Assembly (NCBI GenBank): GCA_948468595.1
Contig: CAOKIU010000003.1
Location: 11,213 to 75,212 of the forward strand
Source of the DNA: an uncultured Christensenella sp.
GTDB lineage: Bacteria > Bacillota > Clostridia > Christensenellales > UBA1750
DNA length: 64,000 nucleotides
Direction of reading: 5' to 3'
Position 1 is the first letter of the stretch; every line of letters begins with the position of its first letter. Positions 9,147-18,423 of this stretch are shown piece by piece. Below the pieces are notes generated by a model. It was not told the origin of the DNA, made no database searches, and saw nothing but the letters and a program-made list of their open reading frames with translations. A program made the translations under genes and the position numbers.

Positions 9147-9842
9147 ATGAATAACGGTACCACGGGCTTTTCGGACGTCTTTAAGGACAAATTCCTGTCG
9201 GGCTTCTCGCTTTCGACGCAGAACCTGACGCTGCCCAACATCCTCATTTCGCTGGCGATCGCCTTTGTGCTGGGCATGGTCATCTACTTTATCTACAAAA
9301 AGACCTATCGCGGGGTGCTCTACAGCCACAGCTTCAACCTGTCGCTTGTGATGCTCTCGATGGTCACCACGCTGATCATCATGTGCATCAGCTCCGCGCC
9401 GGCGCTGTCCCTGGGCATGGTGGGCGCGCTGTCCATCGTCCGCTTCCGCACCGCGGTCAAGGACCCGATGGATACGGTGTATATGTTCTGGGCGATCTCG
9501 GTGGGCATTACCATCGGCGCGAATTTCATCCTCTTTTCCATCATCGGGACGCTGGTCATCGCGGCGATTCTTCTGGGCCTTTCCTTCATGGGGAACAATA
9601 TGGGCCACAACTACCTGCTGGTGGTGCACTATGACGAGCGCTACGGCAAGGAAGTAACCGGCGCCGTAAACAAGATGGTGCCGCGCTACAAGCTCAAGTC
9701 CAAGACCGCCACCCGCAACGGCATTGAGATGACCTTGGAGCTGCGCTTGCAGGGCAATCGAACCAATTTGGTGGATAACCTGTTGAGCGTTCCGGGCGTG
9801 CAGGATGCCACGCTGGTCGCGTTCCAGAACGAGATTGCGTAA
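9147..9842 (+). CDS. DUF4956 family membrane protein
   Basis: 231 aa with 4-5 TM helices. Conserved block LSIVRFRTAVKDPMDTVYMFWAISVGITIGA. Soluble C-terminal domain of about 80 aa. 24 nt after the VTC gene. Confidence 0.75.
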   Translation: MNNGTTGFSDVFKDKFLSGFSLSTQNLTLPNILISLAIAFVLGMVIYFIYKKTYRGVLYSHSFNLSLVMLSMVTTLIIMCISSAPALSLGMVGALSIVRFRTAVKDPMDTVYMFWAISVGITIGANFILFSIIGTLVIAAILLGLSFMGNNMGHNYLLVVHYDERYGKEVTGAVNKMVPRYKLKSKTATRNGIEMTLELRLQGNRTNLVDNLLSVPGVQDATLVAFQNEIA

Positions 9843-9955
9843 ACCGCGCCTCTTCGCCCTCCGCAAAGGATTGAAACCACAGGGAAAAAATCCGGCGCGG
9901 GGGGCGATTGCCTTATCGGCCGGGCGCGCATACTGAACCCGAAGGGAGGATTTCT

Positions 9956-10765
9956 ATGCGAAGACTCTATGCCATTGCGCTGCTGGCTGTTGCGTTGCTG
10001 ACGGGCTGCACGGCAGGGGGGGACGAGACGCTGCCCCAGCTTACGGTGACCTTCCTCTCCGTGGGGAAGGCGGACTGCATCCTCCTGGAGGCGGATGGGC
10101 ATGCGGCGATGATCGATACGGGAAACGACGGCGATGCGGACGACATCCTGGCGCTGCTCTCCAAGAAGGGGATCGTCTCCTTGGACTTTCTGCTGTTGAC
10201 GCACATGGACAAGGACCACATCGGCGGTGCGGACGCGATCCTGGACCAACTGGAAATCGGCACGGTCTACGCGCCGGACTACGTCAAGGATAACAAGCAA
10301 TACAACCAGTATGTCGAGGCGCTGGATGCCGCGGGCATTGTGCCGGTCAATCCCGAGGGCGCCGTGACGCTCCCCTTTGGCGGGGGGACGCTGACGCTGC
10401 TGCCCGGCGCCAAGGCCGAATACGAGCAATCCAACGACTATTCCATCCTGGCCGAGCTGCAATACGGGGATACCTCCTTCCTCTTTGCCGGGGATGCGGA
10501 AACCGAGCGGCTAAAGGAGTATTTGGCCGGCAGCCCGCGCACCTTCGACGTGCTCAAGGTGCCCCATCACGGGCGGGCGGACGCGCTATCCGAGGCATTC
10601 TTCACCGTCGTCGCGCCCAAGTACGCGGTCATCACGTGCAGCGAAAAGAACATGCCGGAGGAGAGCGTGGTCAGCTTCCTAAAGTCCCTGGGCGCACAAG
10701 TGCATGGCACGGCGCTTGGCGACGTGATCCTCACCTCCGATGGAAAGGCGGTCAAGGTCGCCTAA
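9956..10765 (+). CDS. MBL-fold metallo-hydrolase lipoprotein (ComEC C-terminal-domain-like)
   Basis: ATG 9956 after GAAGGGAGGA. Lipobox LLAVALLTGC. Metallo-beta-lactamase motifs LLLTHMDKDHIGGA and VLKVPHHGRAD. Confidence 0.8.
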   Translation: MRRLYAIALLAVALLTGCTAGGDETLPQLTVTFLSVGKADCILLEADGHAAMIDTGNDGDADDILALLSKKGIVSLDFLLLTHMDKDHIGGADAILDQLEIGTVYAPDYVKDNKQYNQYVEALDAAGIVPVNPEGAVTLPFGGGTLTLLPGAKAEYEQSNDYSILAELQYGDTSFLFAGDAETERLKEYLAGSPRTFDVLKVPHHGRADALSEAFFTVVAPKYAVITCSEKNMPEESVVSFLKSLGAQVHGTALGDVILTSDGKAVKVA

Positions 10766-10774
10766 AGCGCAAAA

Positions 10775-10810
10775 GGGAATGCCGATCGTGGATCGGCATC
10801 CCCTTTTTCT
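10775..10810 (+). terminator. Rho-independent terminator after the MBL gene
   Basis: GGGAATGCCGATC-GTG-GATCGGCATCCCC followed by TTTTTCT. Confidence 0.7.
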
Positions 10811-10820
10811 GCCGCGGATG

Positions 10821-10848
10821 GAAAAAGGCGCGGAGAACCTCCGCGCCC
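10821..10848 (-). terminator. Rho-independent terminator after rny
   Basis: GGCGCGGAG-AAC-CTCCGCGCC (9-bp stem), followed on the minus strand by TTTTTCC, 9 nt past the rny stop. Confidence 0.65.
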
Positions 10849-10856
10849 ACTGTTTT

Positions 10857-12422
10857 TTACTTTGCGAACTCCGTTGCACGGGTTTCGCGGATGACGTTGA
10901 CCTTGATTTGGCCGGGATACTCCAGCTCCTTTTCGATGCGCTTGACAATGTCCTTGGCCATGAGCACGGAGTCGGTATCGCTGACCTCCTCGGGCTTGAC
11001 GATGATGCGCACCTCGCGCCCCGCCTGGATGGCGAAGGACTTCTCCACGCCGGCAAAGGAATTGGCGATCTCCTCCAGCTTTTGCAGGCGCTTGATGTAG
11101 CTTTCCAGCGTCTCGCGGCGCGCGCCGGGCCTGGCGCCGGAGATGGCGTCCGCAGCGGCCACGAGCACCGCCTCAATGGTATTGGGCTCGACATCCCCGT
11201 GGTGGGACATGATGGCGTTGACCACGTCGGGGTTCTCGCGGTACTTCTTGGCCAGATCCGCGCCGATTTGGATATGGGTGCCCTCCACGTCATGGTCGAT
11301 GGACTTGCCAATATCGTGCAGCAGGCCCGCGCGCTTGGCCAGCGTCACGTCCGCTCCCAGCTCGGAGGCCATCACGCCTGCCAGGTGCGAGACCTCGATG
11401 GAGTGCCTGAGCACGTTCTGTCCATAGGAAGTGCGGAACTTCATGCGGCCCAACAGGCGCACCAGCTCGTGATGCAGCCCGTGCACACCGGTTTCGAACA
11501 CGGCCTGCTCGCCGGCCTCGCGCATCTGCGCGTCGACCTCCTTGCGCGCCTTTTCCACCATTTCCTCAATGCGCGCCGGGTGGATGCGCCCATCGGTGAT
11601 GAGCTTTTCCAGGGCGATGCGGGCCACCTCGCGGCGGATGGGGTCAAAGCCGGAGAGGATGACGGCCTCGGGCGTGTCGTCGATGATCAGGTCGATGCCC
11701 GTGGCGGTTTCCAGCGCGCGGATGTTGCGGCCCTCGCGGCCGATGATGCGGCCCTTCATTTCGTCGTTGGGGAGGTTGACCACCGAAACCGTGGTCTCCG
11801 CCACATGGTCCGCGGCGCATTTCTGGATGGCCAGGGAGACGATGTTGCGGGCCTTTTTATCCGCCTCGTCCTTGGCTTTGCTCTCGATTTCACGCACCAT
11901 AACCGCAGCGTCATGGTAGGCCTCGCGCTGCACGTTGTTCATGATGATCTGGCGAGCTTCCTCATTGGTCATTTGCGCGATGCGCTCCAACTCCGATTGC
12001 TGCTTTAGGCGCATGTTCTCCACTTCCTGCGCCCGCTGCTCCAATTCGCGGCTGGTCTTGTTGAGGCCCTCTTCGCGGACCTCCAGGTTGTCCAGCTTTT
12101 TGTCGAGCATTTCCTCGCGCTGGATGAGCCTGCGCTCGGTGCGCTGCGTCTCGTTGCGGCGATCCCTGAGCTCCTTTTCCGTCTCCGTTCTCTGGCGCAG
12201 GATCTCCTCCTTCGCCTCCAGGATCTTCTCCTTCTTGACCGCCTCGGCCTTCTGCGTGGCTTCATCCACCAGCTTCTTCATGGCCTCTTCCGTGCGTCCG
12301 ATCTTGCTTTCAATCTCTTTTTTCATCTTGTTGCCGCCGAAAGCATAGCCGCCGTACGCACCGCCGGCCAGCGCGGCAACGATTCCCAAAATCCAGAAAA
12401 AGGTATCCAACTGTTTCACCAC
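10857..12422 (-). CDS. rny: Ribonuclease Y
   Basis: 521 aa. N-terminal TM helix, long coiled coil, KH domain ([12 protein letters not shown]) and HD domain ([14 protein letters not shown]...LHDIGK). GTG start in the track; a TTG three codons downstream preceded by GGTGGTG is an alternative. Confidence 0.95.
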   Translation of the reverse strand: MVKQLDTFFWILGIVAALAGGAYGGYAFGGNKMKKEIESKIGRTEEAMKKLVDEATQKAEAVKKEKILEAKEEILRQRTETEKELRDRRNETQRTERRLIQREEMLDKKLDNLEVREEGLNKTSRELEQRAQEVENMRLKQQSELERIAQMTNEEARQIIMNNVQREAYHDAAVMVREIESKAKDEADKKARNIVSLAIQKCAADHVAETTVSVVNLPNDEMKGRIIGREGRNIRALETATGIDLIIDDTPEAVILSGFDPIRREVARIALEKLITDGRIHPARIEEMVEKARKEVDAQMREAGEQAVFETGVHGLHHELVRLLGRMKFRTSYGQNVLRHSIEVSHLAGVMASELGADVTLAKRAGLLHDIGKSIDHDVEGTHIQIGADLAKKYRENPDVVNAIMSHHGDVEPNTIEAVLVAAADAISGARPGARRETLESYIKRLQKLEEIANSFAGVEKSFAIQAGREVRIIVKPEEVSDTDSVLMAKDIVKRIEKELEYPGQIKVNVIRETRATEFAK

Positions 12423-12614
12423 CTAACATTTATGATAAACAGTTGTCGCGCGCCGTGCGCCACGCCGGCCCGCGCATTGGCCGCCGAAGCCGGACGTCCA
12501 AGCGCAGAATGCCCGCGCGTTTCCATTCACACAGCGCAGGGGAAAATTATGCACTTTTTATCTATTCCATAAAAAATTATGATCATCCCGCAGCGACTCC
12601 TGCCATACAATACT

Positions 12615-12643
12615 ATTCTATATGCTATCCTCCCATCTGTCAA
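12615..12643 (-). promoter_or_regulatory. Sigma-A-like promoter; would give rny a leader of about 190 nt
   Basis: Minus strand reads TTGACA - 17 nt - TAGAAT inside the AT-rich part of the 381-nt gap. Confidence 0.4.
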
Positions 12644-12803
12644 TAACTACGGTCCGCAATATGAATATTTTGTAAAGCCTTGGAAAACAAAACGCTTCGC
12701 CCCGACCGCCGCCCCAAAAAGAGCATTCCCCTTTGCGGCCCCGGCGCATAGGATAGTAGGGAGCTAGAATCCCACAAAACCCTACTAGGAGGAAGCAAGC
12801 AAT

Positions 12804-14186
12804 ATGGGGATTATCAATTCCAACAAGCAAATTAGCGTTGATCGCATAGATTGCCAAGATACCCTGCAAGTGACGCTGGCGCTGACCGCCGCGCCCGATA
12901 TTTCCGCAAACCCCACGGACATCGTGCTCGTGCTCGACCGCTCCGGCAGCATGGCGGGAGACCCGCTTGTCAACATGAAGGCGGGCGCCAATCGGTTCAT
13001 CGACATCATCGACGAATCCACCGACGGCTCCCAGGATGGCAACATCGGCTCCGGCAGCCACATCGGCATCGTCAGCTTTGCCGATACGGCCACAACCAAC
13101 GCGCAATTGATCACCTCGGTGGCCACGCTGAAGGCCGCGGTGAACGCGCTGACCGCGGGAGGCTCCACCAACCACGCCGACGCCTTTTCCAAGGCCATGG
13201 CGCTCTTCAACCCGATGTCGAGCAATCACAAGGTGATCGTCATGTTCACCGATGGCAAGACCACCACCGGCGCGCCGCCCGCGCCCGTGGCAGCCGCGGC
13301 CCGGGCCGCCGGCATCGTGATCTACTGCATTGGGCTGGTTGGCCAGGACGGCATTGACGTATCCGCGCTCAACGACTGGGCGACCGACCCCGATGCCTCG
13401 CATGTGGCCATCACCCCGGATGACGAGGACCTTGAGGATCTCTTTGCGGACCTTGCGGAGAACATCTCCAAGCCGGGCGCGACCAACGTGCTCATTGACG
13501 AGGTGGTCAACGACGATTTTGAGATCATCAGCCTCACGCCGCCCACCAAGGGAAGCGCGACCACGCTCAACGCCAATACCCTGAGGTGGCAGATCCCGCA
13601 GCTGGGCGTGACCACCAGCGAGGGCGCCGCGCTGGTCTTCACCATCCGGCACATCGGCCAGACCTCGGGCGACCTACAGGTGAACAAATCCATCTCCTAT
13701 TCGGACAACGAGGGCAACGTCGTGACCTTCCCTGACCCGGCGGTGGAGGTGGATTGCGGCATCGTGGTGCATCCCGAGCCCTGCCCCGCCCCGCAGGACA
13801 TCACCGTTAGCGGGTGCAGCGACTCCGTCATCGTGGACATGGGGGATGTTTCCCTGGATTCGCTGGGCCGCATCGTGCAGTTGAACGTGACCATCCAGAA
13901 CGTCTGCCCCAACCGGCGCATGGCGCTGGCCGTGATTCTGACCGAGGTGGATGACAACGGCCTGGAGCTGCCGCGCGGCATGAAGGCGATGACCATCCCC
14001 GCGCACACCGCCCCGACCTGCCGCGACGTGGTGGTTCGGTGCATCAAGTTCGTGCTCCCGGAGGATCTGAACCCCAACACGCAGAATCCCAGCGCGATGT
14101 GCGGCACGCGCAACCTCAGGGCGCGCGTCATCACCCACAGCATCGACACGGACTTTGTCTGCTGCGATCTTGTCCAGCAGCCGTAA
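12804..14186 (+). CDS. von Willebrand factor A (VWA) domain protein with complete MIDAS motif and Cys-rich C-terminal region; no signal peptide
   Basis: 460 aa, RBS TAGGAGGAAG. MIDAS elements DRSGSM (DxSxS), GGSTNHADA (Thr) and MFTDG (Asp). Middle beta-rich module. The last 150 aa or so carry 10 Cys. The N-terminus (MGIINSNKQISVDRID) is not hydrophobic. Confidence 0.8.
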   Translation: MGIINSNKQISVDRIDCQDTLQVTLALTAAPDISANPTDIVLVLDRSGSMAGDPLVNMKAGANRFIDIIDESTDGSQDGNIGSGSHIGIVSFADTATTNAQLITSVATLKAAVNALTAGGSTNHADAFSKAMALFNPMSSNHKVIVMFTDGKTTTGAPPAPVAAAARAAGIVIYCIGLVGQDGIDVSALNDWATDPDASHVAITPDDEDLEDLFADLAENISKPGATNVLIDEVVNDDFEIISLTPPTKGSATTLNANTLRWQIPQLGVTTSEGAALVFTIRHIGQTSGDLQVNKSISYSDNEGNVVTFPDPAVEVDCGIVVHPEPCPAPQDITVSGCSDSVIVDMGDVSLDSLGRIVQLNVTIQNVCPNRRMALAVILTEVDDNGLELPRGMKAMTIPAHTAPTCRDVVVRCIKFVLPEDLNPNTQNPSAMCGTRNLRARVITHSIDTDFVCCDLVQQP

Positions 14187-14210
14187 AACGGAACAGCCCT
14201 TAATAAACAA

Positions 14211-14245
14211 AACGGTCCCGGCTTACGCCGGGGCCGTCCTATTTT
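14211..14245. terminator. Bidirectional rho-independent terminator (VWA gene / aconitase gene)
   Basis: ACGGTCCCGGC-TTAC-GCCGGGGCCGT, flanked by AATAAACAAA upstream and CCTATTTTT downstream. Confidence 0.7.
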
Positions 14246-14254
14246 TGAGGGCTG

Positions 14255-16477
14255 CTATTGCGCGTAGTAGTTGATGAGACACCCGGCCAGGATGATGTCG
14301 CGCTCGTCGCGGGTCATCTTGGGCAGGGAAAGGGTGATGGGCTTGGCCTCTCCGCCGGTCAGGAGGGTGGCGGGGATGCGGTCGTACTGCTCGGCAAGGA
14401 GCGCCGAGCGGATGCCCTTGAGCACCACCACGTCGCCCGCCGCAATGCCGGCGTCCTTGGCGCCCTCCAGGATAAAGGGCAGCATGCCCCAGTTGACGAC
14501 GTTGCTGCGGTAGCGCTTGGTGGCATATTCCGCGGCGATGTTGGCGCACCCGCCCAGCACGCGCTGGCAGGAAGCCGCCTGCTCGCGCGCGGAACCATCG
14601 CCCGGCTTCAGGGCGAAGACCAGGGAGCCGATGCCGGTATCCCCGGCGCTCAGGCCGGCAAGGGAGAGGAGGCGCGCGGCCTCTTCGCTGGGCGCGCCGG
14701 CCCTGCGGGTCAGCTCCAATTCGCGGGCCGCCTTGGCGCGCGGCACGTACTGCGGGTCCTTGCGCGAGAGGGCGAATTCCGCCAGCTTCTGCGGGTTGGA
14801 GCGATAGGAAGAGGTCTCCCCGGAGGGGATGAGCTCATCGGTGGTGGTGACGGGGTCGTAAATGGCGGAGGCGACCTTGAGCACCAGGTTTTCGGGCAGG
14901 GCGATCTGCTCGGGCCAATCGGCGATGTTGGGCCCAAAGACCAGCTCGGCCTCCGGGTCGGCCTTGCCCCATCCCTCGTAGACGCGGTTTGCGTACAGGG
15001 TGGGGTCGTAGTGGTAGGGATGCGCCGTCTCCTGGGGCAGGTCGATCTCGTCCGCCGCGGTGAGGCGGCCGCCGTTGATCGCCGTGGCGGCGATGGAGCG
15101 GGCGTCCATCAGCGCGACGTAAGCCATCTGCCCGCCGGAGGGCTTGGCGCCCTCCCGGTTGGGGAAGTTGCGCGTGGCATGGCGGATGGACAGGCCGCCG
15201 TGGGCGGGCACATCCCCCGCGCCAAAGCACGGCCCGCAGAACGCCGAGCGCAGCACCACGCCCGCGGAGGCGAGCTCGGCCGCCGCGCCGTTTTTCATCA
15301 GCTCGATGAACTGCGGCTGGGAGGCGGGGTACAGGCTCATGGTAAAGGCGCCCGCGCCGATGCTCTTGCCGCGCATGATGTCGGTCATGGTCATGATGTT
15401 TTCAAACGTACCGCCCGAGCAGCCCGCAACCACGCCCTGTTCGACGTAGACTTGCCCGTCGCGCACCTTGTCGCTGAGGCTGGGAAGGGGGTATTTTTCG
15501 TCCATCATCCCGCGCGCCTCCTGCTCCACCTGCGCAAGGAGCTCCTTGGCCCTGTCGCGGAACTCGCGGATGGTGTAGGCGTTGGAGGGATGGAAGGGCA
15601 GGGCGATCATGGGCTCGATGGAAGAGAGGTCCACCTCCACCAGGCCGTCGTACACCGCGCCGGGGGCGGGGTGCAGTTCGCGGTACTCCTCCGGCCGCAA
15701 GTGCGCGGCGTACCAGCCCTTGACCTGATCGTCCGTCTCCCAAATGGAGGACAGGCAGGTGGTCTCGGTGGTCATGACGTCGATGCCGTTGCGGTATTCC
15801 ACGGTGAGATTGCCAATGCCCTCGCCCACGAATTCCATGACCTTGTTCTTGACAAAGCCGCAGGAAAAGACGGCCTTGACCAGCGCAAGCGCCACGTCCT
15901 GCGGGCCGACGCCGCGCCGGGGGCTGCCCGTCAAGTGGATGGCGACGACCTCGGGATAGGCGATGTCATAGGTCTTTTCGCAAAGCTGCTTGACCAGCTC
16001 CGGCCCGCCCTCGCCCACGCCCATGGTGCCCAGGGCGCCATAGCGGGTGTGGGAATCGGACCCCAGCAGCATCTTGCCGCAGCCCGCCATGCGCTCGCGC
16101 ATGTATTGGTGAATCACGGCCTGGTGCGCCGGCACGTAGATGCCGCCATACTTCTTTGCGGCGGACAGGCCGAAGAGGTGGTCGTCCTCGTTGATGGTGC
16201 CGCCCACCGCGCACAGGGAATTGTGGCAGTTGGTCAGCACATAGGGCAGGGGAAAACGCTTCATCCCCGAGGCCCTGGCGGTTTGAATGATGCCGACATA
16301 GGTGATGTCGTGCGAGGCCATGGCGTCGAACTTGATCTTGAGGTTTTCCTCCGAGCCCGAGGTATTGTGCGCCATGAGGATGCTGTGGGCCATGGTACCT
16401 TCCTTGCCCGCAGGGTCCTGAACCCGGACGAACGCGCCGTTTTTATACTGATGTAAGCCGGATGACAATTGGATCAT
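14255..16477 (-). CDS. Aconitase-family Fe-S hydratase (putative aconitate hydratase)
   Basis: Start moved to ATG 16477 (GGAGG 8 nt upstream). [17 protein letters not shown] (cluster Cys ligands) and a C-terminal swivel-domain-like region. About 740 aa. Confidence 0.8.
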   Translation of the reverse strand: MIQLSSGLHQYKNGAFVRVQDPAGKEGTMAHSILMAHNTSGSEENLKIKFDAMASHDITYVGIIQTARASGMKRFPLPYVLTNCHNSLCAVGGTINEDDHLFGLSAAKKYGGIYVPAHQAVIHQYMRERMAGCGKMLLGSDSHTRYGALGTMGVGEGGPELVKQLCEKTYDIAYPEVVAIHLTGSPRRGVGPQDVALALVKAVFSCGFVKNKVMEFVGEGIGNLTVEYRNGIDVMTTETTCLSSIWETDDQVKGWYAAHLRPEEYRELHPAPGAVYDGLVEVDLSSIEPMIALPFHPSNAYTIREFRDRAKELLAQVEQEARGMMDEKYPLPSLSDKVRDGQVYVEQGVVAGCSGGTFENIMTMTDIMRGKSIGAGAFTMSLYPASQPQFIELMKNGAAAELASAGVVLRSAFCGPCFGAGDVPAHGGLSIRHATRNFPNREGAKPSGGQMAYVALMDARSIAATAINGGRLTAADEIDLPQETAHPYHYDPTLYANRVYEGWGKADPEAELVFGPNIADWPEQIALPENLVLKVASAIYDPVTTTDELIPSGETSSYRSNPQKLAEFALSRKDPQYVPRAKAARELELTRRAGAPSEEAARLLSLAGLSAGDTGIGSLVFALKPGDGSAREQAASCQRVLGGCANIAAEYATKRYRSNVVNWGMLPFILEGAKDAGIAAGDVVVLKGIRSALLAEQYDRIPATLLTGGEAKPITLSLPKMTRDERDIILAGCLINYYAQ

Positions 16478-16588
16478 CTTTTCGTGCCTCCCCCATCGGA
16501 TGTATGCTCCCATGATACCCTATCGGGCGGCCCTTCGTCAACCAAAGAATGCATGAATCCAAAACCCATCCTGCATCGCGGCGGGCGC

Positions 16589-16617
16589 TGTACAATCCTC
16601 GCCCGGCACGGTATAAT
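16589..16617 (+). promoter_or_regulatory. Sigma-A-like promoter for the ThuA-like gene
   Basis: TGTACA - 17 nt - TATAAT. Its position argues for ATG 16657 rather than 16633 as the start codon. Confidence 0.4.
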
Positions 16618-16656
16618 GGAGGGAGGAAAACCATGGAAATCAAGGAGGGTGCAACC

Positions 16657-17391
16657 ATGATTCGCGTAACGGTCTGGAACGAATTCCGGCATGAGCGGGA
16701 GATGCCGGAGTGCCGGGCGATCTATCCCGAGGGCATTCACGCCGCCATTGCGGAGTTTCTTGGAAAAAATGAGGATATCACCGTGCGCACCGCCACCCTG
16801 GACGAGCCGGAACACGGGCTGACCCAGGAGGTGCTAGAGAACACCGACGTGCTGCTCTGGTGGGGGCACGCGCACCACAACGAGGTGGCGGACGAGGTGG
16901 TTTCGCGGGTGTGCCAGCGCGTAAACGACGGCATGGGGTTCATCTGCCTGCACTCCGGCCACGCCTCCAAGCCCTTCTCCCGGCTGCTGGGCACGCGCAC
17001 GGACCAGCTGCGCTGGCGCGAGGACGGGGACATGCAGCGCCTGTGGGTGACCAGCCCCGGCCATCCCATCGCCAAGGGCATCGGGGAGTATTTTGAGGTG
17101 CCGCACGACGAGACCTACGGCGAGCAGTTCTTCATCCCCCAGCCGGACAACCTGGTCTTCATCTCCTGGCATCCCGGCGGCGAGGTCTTCCGCTCCGGCT
17201 GCTGCTTTGTGCGCGGCGGGCGCATCTTCTACTTCCAGCCGGGCCACGAGACCTTCCCGGTCTACTACCAGAAAGAGGTCCAGACGGTCATCACCAACGC
17301 CGTGCGCTGGTGCGCGCCGGCCTATGAACCCAAGTACGCAACCGGTTGGCAAAAGTCCGTCGAACCCATCCACACCTACGAGGACAAGTAA
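16657..17391 (+). CDS. ThuA domain (trehalose-utilisation-like) protein
   Basis: [13 protein letters not shown]..., [20 protein letters not shown] and [11 protein letters not shown] are typical ThuA blocks. AAGGAGGG lies 7 nt before ATG 16657; ATG 16633 is the alternative start. Confidence 0.8.
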   Translation: MIRVTVWNEFRHEREMPECRAIYPEGIHAAIAEFLGKNEDITVRTATLDEPEHGLTQEVLENTDVLLWWGHAHHNEVADEVVSRVCQRVNDGMGFICLHSGHASKPFSRLLGTRTDQLRWREDGDMQRLWVTSPGHPIAKGIGEYFEVPHDETYGEQFFIPQPDNLVFISWHPGGEVFRSGCCFVRGGRIFYFQPGHETFPVYYQKEVQTVITNAVRWCAPAYEPKYATGWQKSVEPIHTYEDK

Positions 17392-17425
17392 AAAAACGCG
17401 CGCGGTTCCCGCCGCACGCGCAGGC

Positions 17426-17455
17426 AAAAAGGAAGGGGCGCGCCCCTTCCTTTTT
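17426..17455. terminator. Bidirectional rho-independent terminator
   Basis: AAAAA-GGAAGGGGCG/CGCCCCTTCC-TTTTT, a perfect palindrome between the convergent ThuA and DUF2268 genes. Confidence 0.75.
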
Positions 17456-17499
17456 GCCACCCCATGGGGGCGGAAGCAACCACCGAAAGCAAACGGTGA

Positions 17500-18414
17500 T
17501 CATAGGGGGAGTCCCCAAAAATCTTCAACCTCTTTTAAGATCTCTTCGTGGGGAAGAATTGTGGCTTCCTCCACGCTGATCCCGGTCTTTCGCAAAAAGT
17601 ACTGAATTAGATGGTATCCGACGGCATATCCCGCGCAGTAGGGCAATCCCGCTTCGGGAAAGCCCTGCATTCTCGCCATTTCATCGCCGTACAAATAGGC
17701 TGTGATGTTGTCAAAGCCCGTCGCATGGAGACCGTCATAGAGGATCTCTTTGATCAGCGGCAATAGTTCAGGATCTGTTTTGCTCACCCAGGGGCCGAGG
17801 AATTCTTCGCCATGCAGAGCCGTGGCATAGTTTTCCGCCAAACCCTCTCCCACCAGCATTTCGCCTAGGGTTATGTCTTTGGTCCATTTGATGAACTGGT
17901 ATCGGACATTGTGATTCGCCTCATGGGCAAGCGCGACAGGGAGCCTTTTCAGATTGTCTTCGGTGGGGATCAGCCATCCCATCACATAGCCGGGAATCCC
18001 CCCGTCTCCGCAATAGCCCTCATTCATTTTCGTATAAGCATTCTCTGGGTCCGCCAAGAAAATGGAAAACAAATACTCCTGAACCTTGAGTTCAATTCCC
18101 CTATGGACGAAGCGCTCCAAAGCGTTTTCAATGGATTTATGGCAGGCATCCCATAGCTTCGGATCAGAAATGGCCTCAATCCACTCCCTTGTCGTCCCAT
18201 CTACCTTGGACGGGGGAAACAGACCCATCCTGTTGTTCGCCATGATAATGTCATAAGCGCCCTTTTTCGCCGCTTTGAGGGGGATATGATAGCAGTCCCA
18301 TTTGCCCTGAAAGGGGAGCATCAATTCATAGCGGTATATATCGTCCTTTTTATCCCAATCCGCATCCATTATTTTTCTGTAGACGCTCGGGGAGTATACG
18401 CTCTTTACGATCAT
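17500..18414 (-). CDS. DUF2268-like putative Zn-dependent peptidase
   Basis: 304 aa with HExxH motif (LAHEANHNV) and a downstream GEGLAENYA block. GC visibly lower than the surroundings. Confidence 0.6.
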   Translation of the reverse strand: MIVKSVYSPSVYRKIMDADWDKKDDIYRYELMLPFQGKWDCYHIPLKAAKKGAYDIIMANNRMGLFPPSKVDGTTREWIEAISDPKLWDACHKSIENALERFVHRGIELKVQEYLFSIFLADPENAYTKMNEGYCGDGGIPGYVMGWLIPTEDNLKRLPVALAHEANHNVRYQFIKWTKDITLGEMLVGEGLAENYATALHGEEFLGPWVSKTDPELLPLIKEILYDGLHATGFDNITAYLYGDEMARMQGFPEAGLPYCAGYAVGYHLIQYFLRKTGISVEEATILPHEEILKEVEDFWGLPL

Positions 18415-18423
18415 AATGTCTTC

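Noticed and set aside
12747-12755. A sigma-K-like -10 element (CATAggaTA) upstream of the VWA gene, suggesting sporulation control.
   Set aside because: A six-position match is expected by chance, and I found no properly spaced AC -35 element. It is kept only as a weak hint inside the VWA finding.
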